Shown here: positions 27,430 through 36,852 of the stretch, piece after piece
Layout of the letters: the number at the start of each line of letters is the position of its first letter
How positions within the stretch are numbered: position 1 is the first letter of the stretch
NCBI GenBank assembly: GCA_022567305.1
Contig: JADFHF010000004.1
Span: 40,623 to 104,622, forward strand
Direction: 5' to 3'
Origin: Bacteroidota bacterium
GTDB taxonomy: Bacteria; Bacteroidota; Rhodothermia; Rhodothermales; UBA10348
Length of the DNA stretch: 64,000 bases
Notes under the pieces: model-generated
The model's input: the letters and a program-made list of their open reading frames with translations, nothing else
What the model was told of the DNA's origin: nothing
Database searches by the model: none
Made by a program: the position numbers and the translations under genes

Positions 27430-29108
27430 GTAGGGAGAGCTGTTTTGCGGGCCTGAACCCAGGCGTCAAACTCGTCCAGGCTCATTGCATTCAGGCATTG
27501 GTCCGAAGTCAGATATCCCTTTCTTGCCACCGCCACACCCCATCGAGTGTAAGCAAGTTGATCAACGGCGTGCGCATCAGGATTGATCGAGATCTTTATT
27601 CCTCGTCGGGTCGCTTCGCGAATCCAACGCCAGTCCAGGTCGAGGCGATAGGGGTTGGCATTCAGTTCAACAGCTACTCCGTGCTCTAGACACGCGTCCA
27701 GGACAGCTTCGTGATTCAATGGATATCCTTCTCGTCGGAGGAGGAGTCTTCCAGTGGGATGACCGAGGATCGACGTATGGGGGTTGGATACCGCCGTAAT
27801 CACGCGCGTCGTGGCTTCCTCCTCCGTCATGTTGAACCCTATATGCACACTAGCCACGACGAAATCGAATGACGCCAGGATCTCGTCCGAATAATCCAGG
27901 CTTCCGTCCGTAAGGATGTCGCTTTCGATGCCTGAAAAAATGCGAAACTCGCTTCCGCCATCTTCGGAGAACTCGCGATTCAGCGCATCGATTTCCTCCT
28001 GTTGACGGGTTACTTCCTCAACGCTCAACCCATGGGCGATCTTCAGAGACTGGCTGTGATCACAAATTCCAAAATACGACAATCCCATCTCACGAGCGGC
28101 TTCCACCATTTCGCGGAGCGTATGCGCGCCATCACTGTACGTCGAATGATTATGGAGTGTACCTCGGAGGTCAGCGTCACACATCAGGTCGGGAAGTTCG
28201 CCACCTTCGGCCATCGAAATGACTTCTCCGGACTCCCTCAGTTCCGGAGGTATGAAGGGCACGCCGACGAGTGCAAATACTTCTTCTTCCGAACCTGCTT
28301 CGCTAGGTTCCGGAAACCGGTCGAGCCAAGCCTTAACAAAACTATCGCTTCCAGTCCGACGGAAAAGGTGAACTCCTAACTGACCTTTGTCTGCCAGGTG
28401 GAGTTTCAGCCGGAGCCCGTCCTGTAGCTGCGTAGTGATCACTCCGTTGTCGATCGGGCCGAAACGATCGACCAGGTGAGAGCTGCCAGCGTCTGAATCC
28501 AGTTCGATGATCAACTCGACTTCGGATACGGTTTCCAAGTTGCGTCGTAGCTCGCCGGTGATCTCGACGGCCGTCACGCCCGGTATTTTCTGGAGCTCCT
28601 CGACGAGATCATTCGTTCGTACGAATGCATCGGCATAATGACGTTTCTTTCGATACGTGCGCAGTGCGGCCACATTCTCCAATATGGAGGCCTCGCTTTT
28701 TTTCCCAAAGCCGTCCAACTCAGAGATATATCCTGATTCGGCCGCGGCTTCAAGCTCGTCAATCGTTTGAATGCCCAGCGTTTTCCATAGCGAGCGGACT
28801 TTCTTGGCACCGAGTCCTTTCACCGAGAGAATGTCTAGAAGGCCTGGCGGGACCGCACCGAGCAGGTCATCGCGAACATCGAATGACCCTGTTTCGAGGA
28901 TTTGACCGATCTGATCGGCCAATCCCGTGCCGATTCCCTTGATGTCCGTTAAGGTACCGGCATCTAGAAGGTCACCGACGGCGTCTTCCAGGCGTTCTAT
29001 CGTTCGAGCTGCATTTGCGATGGCACGGCTCCGAAACGGGTTTCCACCTGTGAGATCGATGAGTGCCGAGGTTTCTTTGAGTACACGTGCGACTGCTTTA
29101 TTGGTCAT
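27426..29108 (-). CDS. polX: family X DNA polymerase with C-terminal PHP domain (PolX)
   Basis: 560 aa. The N-terminus is HhH/Pol-beta-like (MTNKAVARVLKETSALIDLTGGNPFRSRA...). PHP motifs are present (...HNHSTYSDG..., ...CDHSQS...). Confidence 0.85.
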   Translation of the reverse strand: MTNKAVARVLKETSALIDLTGGNPFRSRAIANAARTIERLEDAVGDLLDAGTLTDIKGIGTGLADQIGQILETGSFDVRDDLLGAVPPGLLDILSVKGLGAKKVRSLWKTLGIQTIDELEAAAESGYISELDGFGKKSEASILENVAALRTYRKKRHYADAFVRTNDLVEELQKIPGVTAVEITGELRRNLETVSEVELIIELDSDAGSSHLVDRFGPIDNGVITTQLQDGLRLKLHLADKGQLGVHLFRRTGSDSFVKAWLDRFPEPSEAGSEEEVFALVGVPFIPPELRESGEVISMAEGGELPDLMCDADLRGTLHNHSTYSDGAHTLREMVEAAREMGLSYFGICDHSQSLKIAHGLSVEEVTRQQEEIDALNREFSEDGGSEFRIFSGIESDILTDGSLDYSDEILASFDFVVASVHIGFNMTEEEATTRVITAVSNPHTSILGHPTGRLLLRREGYPLNHEAVLDACLEHGVAVELNANPYRLDLDWRWIREATRRGIKISINPDAHAVDQLAYTRWGVAVARKGYLTSDQCLNAMSLDEFDAWVQARKTALPT

Positions 29109-29345
29109 TTACCGGGACGAATGAATCGTCATTGCGTTGATTCCAAGGTACATACGCCCTCGATCGGGAGAAAGGAACGAATTTTGAATCTGCCATCCGC
29201 GATAAACAGTAGCAAAATGGATGGTTAGGGCCATTATTGATGCCCGACCGGGATCATTCAGAATATCGTTCATGTTAGCCACCCTCTCAGGGTGCCCGGC
29301 TTGTTCATTGCTACCCGACCAATACCCAATCTGATCTTAAAGAGT

Positions 29346-31040
29346 ATGAAATTGCGCAGATCTTTTGTTTACGCAAGTGTCATGGCCGTCGTGATCGCCT
29401 TGTTCGTCGGCCTTCAACTCGGAGCCAGCGTGTCTACGGCTGATACGGCCAAGGCACTGAAAAAGCTCGAGGAGACCTTCCTGCTGCTGAACCGACAATA
29501 CGTAGAAGAGGTCGATGCCGACAAACTGGCCGAGACGGCGATTCGGGCGATGCTTAAGGATCTGGATCCGCATTCGCTCTACATCGACGCGGATGAGCTG
29601 AAAGGCGTCAATGAAAATTTCAATGCCGAGTTTGAGGGAATCGGGATTGGATACGAGCTGCTCAAAGGACCCGACGGCCAGGACACGCTGGCGGTGTTGA
29701 ATGTTCTTCCCGGTGGCCCGAGTGAGGAAGTGGGGCTACAATCAGGTGACCGAATTATTGAAGTAAATAAGGTGACTTCGATTGGTTACAAGAATGCGGA
29801 CGTTGAGAAAAACTTGAAGGGGCCTAAAGGATCCGAAGTGAATATTACGGTTCGACGCCCGGGCGTTCCGAATCTGCTTTCGTTCGACATTACTAGGGAT
29901 AAAATTCCCATTTATACACTCGATGTCGCGTATATGTTGGACGATGACACGGGCCTCATTCGTCTGAATCGATTTGCCAGCAATACGGACAGAGAGTTTC
30001 GTGAGAGTCTAAAGGATCTCAAGAAAAGGGGAATGAAACGGTTGATTCTGGACCTTCGGGGTAACTCGGGTGGATACATGAATATGGCCGTACGAGTGGC
30101 GGATGAATTTTTGAGCAGTCGGCAGTTGATTGTCTCGCAAGGCGGCCGGACCCGTGATTCCAATGAGAGCTTTCGTGCAAGTTCAGGCGGCCTGTGGGAA
30201 TCTGGACCCATCATGGTTCTGGTTGACGGCGGTTCGGCCTCGGCCAGCGAAATTGTAGCCGGAGCCCTTCAGGATCATGATCGAGCTCTGATTGTGGGTC
30301 GAAGAACGTTTGGTAAAGGACTGGTTCAGAAGCAGTGGCGCCTGAATGACGGAAGCGCTCTTCGCATAACGGTCGCTCGCTACTACACGCCCTCGGGAAG
30401 ACTGATTCAGACGCCCTATGAAAACGGAGATCGAAAGGATTACTATAGCAGCAAGATGTCGCTTCGTCTTCAGGATGGTCCGAAGACAGCCGTCGAGCTC
30501 CTGAATGAGGTTCCGGATTCACTCCGCTATCGAACGGACGCCGGACGACTGGTCATAGCGGGTGGAGGAATCATCCCGGACTATATTGTGCCCGTGGACA
30601 GTCTTTCAGACCTCGTACAAACGATTCTGAGTCGCAGTCTGGAAAATCAATTTATCCGATCATGGATTGACACGCATTCAGAGGCGCTGCAAACCACCTG
30701 GGTAGAAACAGAAAACCAGGCTGGCTTTATCGAAGACTATTCTGTTGACGATCAAATGCTGAATGCATTTCTTGATTTCGTTGCGGAAAGGGGAGTGGTA
30801 GTTGGGGATCGTGTATCAGGCGACGTGGACGAAACCGCCATCAAACGGTTTTCTTTAGCTGATCTTGCAGAGAACACAGAATTCCTTGAGACCATTTTGA
30901 AGGCCAGATTGGGCACGAGACTTTTCGACCGGAGTTTATTTTATCCGATTTTCCGGACGGTTGATCATGACCTCAAAGAAGCACTCAAACTCTGGCAGCC
31001 TGCCGAAAATCTTGCGCAGGCGTACGCGCAGGTAAATTAG
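29346..31040 (+). CDS. ctpA: S41 family carboxy-terminal processing peptidase
   Basis: Start chosen at MKLRRSFVYASV (signal anchor). It has a PDZ region, then LDLRGNSGGY and GGSASASEIVAGALQD (catalytic Ser region). Confidence 0.85.
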   Translation: MKLRRSFVYASVMAVVIALFVGLQLGASVSTADTAKALKKLEETFLLLNRQYVEEVDADKLAETAIRAMLKDLDPHSLYIDADELKGVNENFNAEFEGIGIGYELLKGPDGQDTLAVLNVLPGGPSEEVGLQSGDRIIEVNKVTSIGYKNADVEKNLKGPKGSEVNITVRRPGVPNLLSFDITRDKIPIYTLDVAYMLDDDTGLIRLNRFASNTDREFRESLKDLKKRGMKRLILDLRGNSGGYMNMAVRVADEFLSSRQLIVSQGGRTRDSNESFRASSGGLWESGPIMVLVDGGSASASEIVAGALQDHDRALIVGRRTFGKGLVQKQWRLNDGSALRITVARYYTPSGRLIQTPYENGDRKDYYSSKMSLRLQDGPKTAVELLNEVPDSLRYRTDAGRLVIAGGGIIPDYIVPVDSLSDLVQTILSRSLENQFIRSWIDTHSEALQTTWVETENQAGFIEDYSVDDQMLNAFLDFVAERGVVVGDRVSGDVDETAIKRFSLADLAENTEFLETILKARLGTRLFDRSLFYPIFRTVDHDLKEALKLWQPAENLAQAYAQVN

Positions 31041-31316
31041 GACATCGTTAAGTTGGGAGGAATTCTCCGGCAACTTCGGGCAACTGGTTGTGTCTTGAGG
31101 GTGTCGAGCACGTGATTGCGTACTTGCTTGGCTTCGTGCATTGACAAATGACGCTAGAATAGATATCATTGAGCCTCGTTTTTACGGCCGATCTTCATTT
31201 TAGAATGGGGCGGCCGTTTTCAAAAAAGAGGGTTTACTAGAATTTGGAAAGGGTTCCCACCATTACCCCGACACTCTTTCAGCTAACTAACCTGTCCCAA
31301 CGGAGGGATGTAATCC

Positions 31317-32012
31317 ATGAAGCTTTATAGCTTGGTTCTCATGCTGCCCCAAGAGGTAGCGGCCGATGACGGCTTGGTCAACATGCTTGTTCAACGTTTC
31401 AACGAAGGCGGCGAGTTTATGTGGCCCGTTCTCGTATCGCTGATCATCGGACTTGCTATTGCCTTTGAGCGCATCATCACGTTGAACCGAGCGGATATTA
31501 ACACGCGTAAATTCATCGTTACCGTAAAGGGAGCGTTGGAAGAAGATGGAATCGCCGCGGCTGAGGCGGTCTGCGCAAATACTCGCGGCCCAGTTGCCTC
31601 CGTCTTCCAGGCCGGACTTCTTCGTCACGACGAAGGAATCGAGGCCGTCGAAAAGGCCATTGTATCCTACGGCTCCATTGAAATGAGCTTTCTGGAGAGA
31701 GGCCTTGTCTGGCTGTCACTGTTTATTTCGCTGGCTCCAATGTTTGGATTCCTCGGAACGGTTGTTGGAATGGTCGCTGCGTTTGACGCGATTGAGAAAG
31801 CCGGTGATATCTCGCCGAGTTTGGTAGCCAACGGTATTAAGGTGGCTCTCCTCACAACGGTGTTTGGTCTGATCACGGCGATCATTCTTCAGTTCTTTTA
31901 CAATTACGTCATTTCAAAAATCGACCGAATTGTAATCGATATGGAAGAAGCTGCGATCGAACTGATCGATTCGCTCGTTCTGCTACGCGCTGGCCAACCA
32001 GGAAGCGAATAG
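31317..32012 (+). CDS. exbB: MotA/TolQ/ExbB proton-channel family protein
   Basis: 231 aa with three TM segments, including ...LAPMFGFLGTVVGMVAAF... Confidence 0.85.
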   Translation: MKLYSLVLMLPQEVAADDGLVNMLVQRFNEGGEFMWPVLVSLIIGLAIAFERIITLNRADINTRKFIVTVKGALEEDGIAAAEAVCANTRGPVASVFQAGLLRHDEGIEAVEKAIVSYGSIEMSFLERGLVWLSLFISLAPMFGFLGTVVGMVAAFDAIEKAGDISPSLVANGIKVALLTTVFGLITAIILQFFYNYVISKIDRIVIDMEEAAIELIDSLVLLRAGQPGSE

Positions 32013-32024
32013 AACAAAATCGGG

Positions 32025-32351
32025 ATGGACGAGTCTCTGATTCGCTCGTTAATCCCCAAAAAACTTGATTCTGATATGGCTGGAATCGTTCCATACCTAA
32101 TCTGGGCTGCTCTCATCGTTTCCGGACTGAGTCTGGCGGCGATGGCTGTGTTCGGAATTCGAAATATCGCCTACGGGAAGATGGACTATGTAACCGCTGG
32201 CTTGCTGGGCACACCCGGCCTTCTTCTCGTGGTTTTAGGGTTCGTAATGGATTCGTGGGCTGAAGCTGCCGTAATGACCTTCATGATTTTATTGGTCCTA
32301 ACGTCTCTTTCCTTACTTATTTCGAGCCTCCGGGGACTCTTGGGCCTGTAA
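32025..32351 (+). CDS. small integral membrane protein (unknown function) between exbB and exbD
   Basis: 108 aa with about 3 hydrophobic helices. It is tightly spaced within the operon. Confidence 0.5.
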   Translation: MDESLIRSLIPKKLDSDMAGIVPYLIWAALIVSGLSLAAMAVFGIRNIAYGKMDYVTAGLLGTPGLLLVVLGFVMDSWAEAAVMTFMILLVLTSLSLLISSLRGLLGL

Positions 32352-32377
32352 TTCTGCTCACGTAACCTTATCGCCTC

Positions 32378-32926
32378 ATGCCGGTAATTAAGAAAAAAGA
32401 ACGCGTAGAGCCATTTATTCCGACTGCGTCGATGGCGGATATCGCGTTTCTGCTGCTCATTTTCTTCCTCGTCACCACGACCATTGATGTCGATACGGGG
32501 ATTGGGATGGTGCTTCCGCCAAAACTTGAGGAGGATGTTATCCCACCTCCGATCAAGGAGCGGAATGTTTTGAAGATTTTGGTGAATGAACAGGGCCAGG
32601 TACTGCTCGAGGACCTGCCGTCTGCCGTAGGTCTTGTTCGCGACCAGGTGAAAAAACACGTTCTAAATAATGGGGTGGATCCTCGTTATGCTGAAGCCAC
32701 GGATAAGGCCCTTGTCTCGATTAAAACGGCACGGGAAACTCCTTATGATGCGTATATCCAGGTTCTTGACGAAGTCTGGATGGCCTACTTCGAAATGTGG
32801 GACTCGGAGGCTCGCCAACTGGGTTATGCCAACTACCGTGACTATGTCGCTGTCGTGGGTCAGGATAACCCGATCCGTGAGAAGATAAAGGCGGCTATTT
32901 CCATCGCTGAACCCGACGCGGCCTAG
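32378..32926 (+). CDS. exbD: ExbD/TolR family biopolymer transport protein
   Basis: ...PTASMADIAFLLLIFFLVTT... N-terminal TM signature; 182 aa. Confidence 0.8.
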   Translation: MPVIKKKERVEPFIPTASMADIAFLLLIFFLVTTTIDVDTGIGMVLPPKLEEDVIPPPIKERNVLKILVNEQGQVLLEDLPSAVGLVRDQVKKHVLNNGVDPRYAEATDKALVSIKTARETPYDAYIQVLDEVWMAYFEMWDSEARQLGYANYRDYVAVVGQDNPIREKIKAAISIAEPDAA

Positions 32927-32964
32927 CGGCGTCGTTTGACGACTGACTGAATTAGGTAACTGAT

Positions 32965-33417
32965 ATGGCCGGGCATTTTAAACAGAAGAGCAAAGCGAAG
33001 CAGGATATTCCAACAGCATCCCTTCCTGACATTATTTTCATGCTGTTGATTTTCTTTATGGTTACGACCGTACTTCGCGAAACCACGGTTCAGGTTCGAA
33101 CCATTCTTCCGAAGGCCGAGGCTCTGACAAAGATCGATCAAAAAAGATTGGTCACTTACTTATGGATCGGTCCGAAGAAGCTTCCCGACAACGCTATCGG
33201 AGAGACGGGCGTCCAAATTGACGATGCGCTGGTCGAAGATTTGAGCAGCGTGCGTTCGATCATGTATAGGAAGTTGGTCGAACAACCCAAATTGATCGTT
33301 TCATTGCGGGTTGACGGGACGTCTGAAATGGGGATCCTGATGGACGTTCAACAGGAACTAAGAGAAGCGGGTACTCTCCGGGTCAACTTCTCTACAAAGC
33401 GGGACGTCGTACTCTGA
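32965..33417 (+). CDS. exbD: ExbD/TolR family biopolymer transport protein (second copy)
   Basis: ...PTASLPDIIFMLLIFFMVTT...; 150 aa. Confidence 0.8.
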   Translation: MAGHFKQKSKAKQDIPTASLPDIIFMLLIFFMVTTVLRETTVQVRTILPKAEALTKIDQKRLVTYLWIGPKKLPDNAIGETGVQIDDALVEDLSSVRSIMYRKLVEQPKLIVSLRVDGTSEMGILMDVQQELREAGTLRVNFSTKRDVVL

Positions 33418-33493
33418 CCGCCTAAATCACGGCGTGTGGCCCCCATGTGACTCTATGTTGGACGTCCGCGTGAATCGTCCCTGAATTCGAACA

Positions 33494-33520
33494 AGCCTCG
33501 CATTGCGGGGCTTTTTTTTT
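33494..33520 (+). terminator. rho-independent terminator of the exbB-exbD operon
   Basis: GCCTCGC-ATT-GCGGGGC forms a 7-bp stem with one G.U pair and is followed by T9. Confidence 0.75.
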
Positions 33521-33636
33521 GGCCGTAACCCGGTACCTTTGCCCGCTTCCAAAACCCGGGTGAGTGTTACCCCGAGCTCATCTTAACGTCGACCGGAATT
33601 TCTGAAACCTGTTCCTCGCATCTATCCCTGGCAAGA

Positions 33637-34656
33637 ATGGCTTATCGGATTACGCTACTCCCCGGAGACGGAATCGGCCCTGAGGTAACTAGAGCGACAG
33701 TCACGGTTCTCAAGGCAACCGAGCTGGAGTTCGAGTGGGTTGAGTACCCGGACCTCGGAGCGTCCGCGCTCGAAAAATTAGGGACGCCGCTTCCAGAATC
33801 CATTCTTGAGTCGATTCGAGAAACAAAAGTGGCCCTCAAAGCTCCGGTTGCCACGCCCGTGGGAACGGGCTTCAAGAGCGTGAACGTACAGCTTCGCCAA
33901 AAACTTGATCTGTATGCAAATGTTCGGCCGTGCAAATCACTGCCGGGTATCCCGTCCCGATTCAAAGAGGTGGACCTCGTGATCTTTCGGGAGAACACAG
34001 AGGGTCTGTATTCCGGAATGGAGACATACGATGAGCGACATGATATAGCGGATTCCATCGCTCGGATTTCCCGCGCAGGATCAGAACGCATCATTCGATT
34101 TTGTTTCGAATATGCTCAGGCGCATCACCGAAATCCGGTGACCGTCGTTCATAAAGCCAATATTCTTAAACTGACTTCTGGAATGTTTCTGAAGATTGCC
34201 CGCGAATTTTCTGACCAATTCCCCGATGTAGAATTCAATGACCGCATTATTGACAACATGTGCATGCAGCTTGTGATCAATCCCCAAGATTACGACTGCA
34301 TTGTGACGACCAATCTTTTTGGAGACATCTTGAGCGATCTGTCTGCCGGGTTGGTGGGTGGTCTCGGCGTCGTCGCGGGCGCCAATATCGGAGATGAATA
34401 TGCTGTATTCGAAGCCGTCCACGGCAGCGCTCCGGATATAGCTGGACAGAATCTAGCGAATCCGACGGCGTTAATTCGATCCGCTGAAATGATGCTTCGG
34501 CATCTTGGGGAGATGAACGCCGCAGACGCCGTTGCGAACGGATTGTCGGAGATGTATACGGAAGGCAAATATCTCACTGCAGACCTTGGCGGCTCGACCG
34601 GAACCATGGAGTTTGCCGAGAAACTGGCCGAGCGGGTGGCGATTCATGTGGAATAA
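33637..34656 (+). CDS. NAD-dependent isocitrate/homoisocitrate dehydrogenase-type beta-decarboxylating dehydrogenase
   Basis: 339 aa. Contains LLPGDGIGPEV, then ...DNMCMQLVINPQDYDCIVTTNLFGDILSDLSAGLVGGLG... and ...HGSAPDIAGQNLANP... Confidence 0.8.
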   Translation: MAYRITLLPGDGIGPEVTRATVTVLKATELEFEWVEYPDLGASALEKLGTPLPESILESIRETKVALKAPVATPVGTGFKSVNVQLRQKLDLYANVRPCKSLPGIPSRFKEVDLVIFRENTEGLYSGMETYDERHDIADSIARISRAGSERIIRFCFEYAQAHHRNPVTVVHKANILKLTSGMFLKIAREFSDQFPDVEFNDRIIDNMCMQLVINPQDYDCIVTTNLFGDILSDLSAGLVGGLGVVAGANIGDEYAVFEAVHGSAPDIAGQNLANPTALIRSAEMMLRHLGEMNAADAVANGLSEMYTEGKYLTADLGGSTGTMEFAEKLAERVAIHVE

Positions 34657-34686
34657 GTTGATCGCGCTAATACGCGCGGATTTGGT

Positions 34687-35112
34687 ATGATTCATAGAAT
34701 TCAAAGTGCATATCTCATTCTCGGAGCGATCTCAATCGGATCGATCTATCTTCTTAGTGATATCTGGACCGGACCGGCTGCGCTCAAATCGTCCTGGTTT
34801 ACGGCCGTAACGCTAGGGATTTCCGGAATTTGCGTCGTAGGTGCTTTCGTTGCCGTGTTCCTGTACAAGGATCGCAAGCGCCAACGGAGCGTGGTCGTGC
34901 TGTTGCAGGTATTTACGATCCTGGGACTTCTTACACTTTTTGCTGGAGAATACTTCGGCGGGACCTTGCCGTTTATCGGCACGGACTCGAATGGAATGAT
35001 CGAAGGCATTGGTCTTGGACTTACGGCCGCCGGATATCTTTTCTTTTATATGGCCCGCCGGGCGATCGACAAAGACATTGAGCTCATCAAGTCCGTTGAT
35101 CGCCTGAGATAG
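34687..35112 (+). CDS. small integral membrane protein (DUF4293-like)
   Basis: MIHRIQSAYLILGA... N-terminus and 4 TM segments, as I recall for DUF4293 proteins of Bacteroidota. Confidence 0.5.
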   Translation: MIHRIQSAYLILGAISIGSIYLLSDIWTGPAALKSSWFTAVTLGISGICVVGAFVAVFLYKDRKRQRSVVVLLQVFTILGLLTLFAGEYFGGTLPFIGTDSNGMIEGIGLGLTAAGYLFFYMARRAIDKDIELIKSVDRLR

Positions 35113-35134
35113 ATTGCCTGAGATAAATAGTACC

Positions 35135-36211
35135 TCAGGAATTGAAGTTCTCTGCAGGAAGATCTTTGAACAGGCGTCTTCCCTTTACAAAGTAGTCGAT
35201 CACGATGTTGCCTTCGTATGAGGGCAGTACGCTTTTCTCGTTTGCTCCCGGTCTTTCCTCACGCATCATCTTTTTCATTCTGTGAGCGCCCAAGAATGCC
35301 CGAAGAATGGCGAAGGATTCTCCGGGTCGAAATAGAAAAAGTGCGCGGAGAACGGCGATCCCGTCCAGCAAGACTCGCTTCAACAAAACCCTTGGCCAGA
35401 CACGTTTTGGTAGGTTCTTGTAAAGAACGAGCAGGTTATTCCTGTAATTGAGATACACTTTCTGCGACGAGCCCTTCGCGAGCGACGCTCCTCCGATATG
35501 AAAGACATGACTATCGGGATTGCAGACAATCCGGTAGCCCTTTCTTTGCAGTCGCCAGCACAAGTCAATTTCTTCCATGTGCATGAATAAACGTTCGTCC
35601 AGTCCACCGAGTTGGTCGTACAGATCTTTTCGAATCATGACGGCTGCACCGGTGGCCCAAAAGATGTCGCGCTCATCATCGTACTGCCCGGTATCTTCTT
35701 CGATCGTAAAGAAAAGTCGGCCTCTCGTGAACGGATACCCGTTTTTATCGAGAAATCCCCCTGCGCCCCCAGCGTACTCAAATCGGGTTCTGTCTGAGAA
35801 ATCAAGAAGTTTCGGCTGAACGGCGGCAATTGACGGATCGCTCTCCAGCGTCGCGACAAGAGGCTGCAACCATTCGAATGACACCTCAACGTCGTTATTG
35901 AGAAGTACGACATATTTGCCTGAGGCGTGTCGAACCGCCTCGTTGTTGCCCTTGCAAAAGGCCCAGTTTTCAGGGTGCCGGACGATTTTGACCGATGGAT
36001 AGTTCGATTCAATCCACTCCGATGAGCCGTCCGAAGAGGCGTTATCGGCAAAAATGATCTCAAGCCGTGAATAGGTGGATTCGATCACGCTGGGAAGGCA
36101 CCGTTTAACCGTGTCGATGGCGTTCCACGAAACAATTACCACGGACACAAGCGGCTCGCTGCTGTCCCGTGAATTCAGGTCGTCGGGCTGGGGGAAAGGC
36201 GTCTCGTTCAT
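35135..36211 (-). CDS. family 2 glycosyltransferase
   Basis: Start chosen at MNETPF (36211); this gives an ATGA start/stop overlap with rnhB. Contains VSVVIVSWNA... and ...ADNASSDGS... Confidence 0.8.
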   Translation of the reverse strand: MNETPFPQPDDLNSRDSSEPLVSVVIVSWNAIDTVKRCLPSVIESTYSRLEIIFADNASSDGSSEWIESNYPSVKIVRHPENWAFCKGNNEAVRHASGKYVVLLNNDVEVSFEWLQPLVATLESDPSIAAVQPKLLDFSDRTRFEYAGGAGGFLDKNGYPFTRGRLFFTIEEDTGQYDDERDIFWATGAAVMIRKDLYDQLGGLDERLFMHMEEIDLCWRLQRKGYRIVCNPDSHVFHIGGASLAKGSSQKVYLNYRNNLLVLYKNLPKRVWPRVLLKRVLLDGIAVLRALFLFRPGESFAILRAFLGAHRMKKMMREERPGANEKSVLPSYEGNIVIDYFVKGRRLFKDLPAENFNS

Positions 36212-36852
36212 GAATACAGCCTGAACGAGCGGCGATGATGCGCGGTGAGTCCGAACTGTGCGATGGCCTGATAATGAGCTTGAGTCGGGTATCCCATATT
36301 CGTATCCCAACCATACATGGGGTTTTCAGCATGGAGTTTTTGCATGGCTGCGTCTCGGGATGTTTTCGCAATAATTGAAGCCGCTGCGATCGAGTGACTT
36401 CGCGCATCCCCCTTGATCACGGTTTGTATCTTAACCGGAGGATTTGAAAAACAGACGTTTCCGTCAATAAGAAGATGATCCGGTTCCGTGTTTAGGGCGA
36501 GTACGGCTCTTCTCATGGCTTCAAGCGCAGCCTGCAAGATGTTCAGTTGATCGATCTCCTGAGGAGAACACGATCCCGTAGCCACGGCAATGGCCTCCTC
36601 GCGAATGATTTCAGCCAACTCGACCCGTGTTGTATGCGTCAGTTTCTTGCTGTCTTTTACACCGGGGATCTGATGCTCAATGGGTAGAATCACCGCGGCC
36701 GCGACTACCGGTCCGCAAAGACATCCTCGACCCGCTTCATCTACACCTGCAATCGTGGAATAGCCCCGAGCCCAGCATTTTCGCTCGATGCGCAGCGATG
36801 CACTTTCGGCATGATCGACTGGAAATAACTCTAACGTCTGTTCAGCTTTCAT
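36208..36852 (-). CDS. rnhB: ribonuclease HII
   Basis: GVDEAGRGCLCGPVVAAAV and ...DSKKL... Start taken at MKAEQT (36852), which overlaps the upstream gene by 11 nt. The track start at 36912 is also possible. Confidence 0.85.
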   Translation of the reverse strand: MKAEQTLELFPVDHAESASLRIERKCWARGYSTIAGVDEAGRGCLCGPVVAAAVILPIEHQIPGVKDSKKLTHTTRVELAEIIREEAIAVATGSCSPQEIDQLNILQAALEAMRRAVLALNTEPDHLLIDGNVCFSNPPVKIQTVIKGDARSHSIAAASIIAKTSRDAAMQKLHAENPMYGWDTNMGYPTQAHYQAIAQFGLTAHHRRSFRLYS

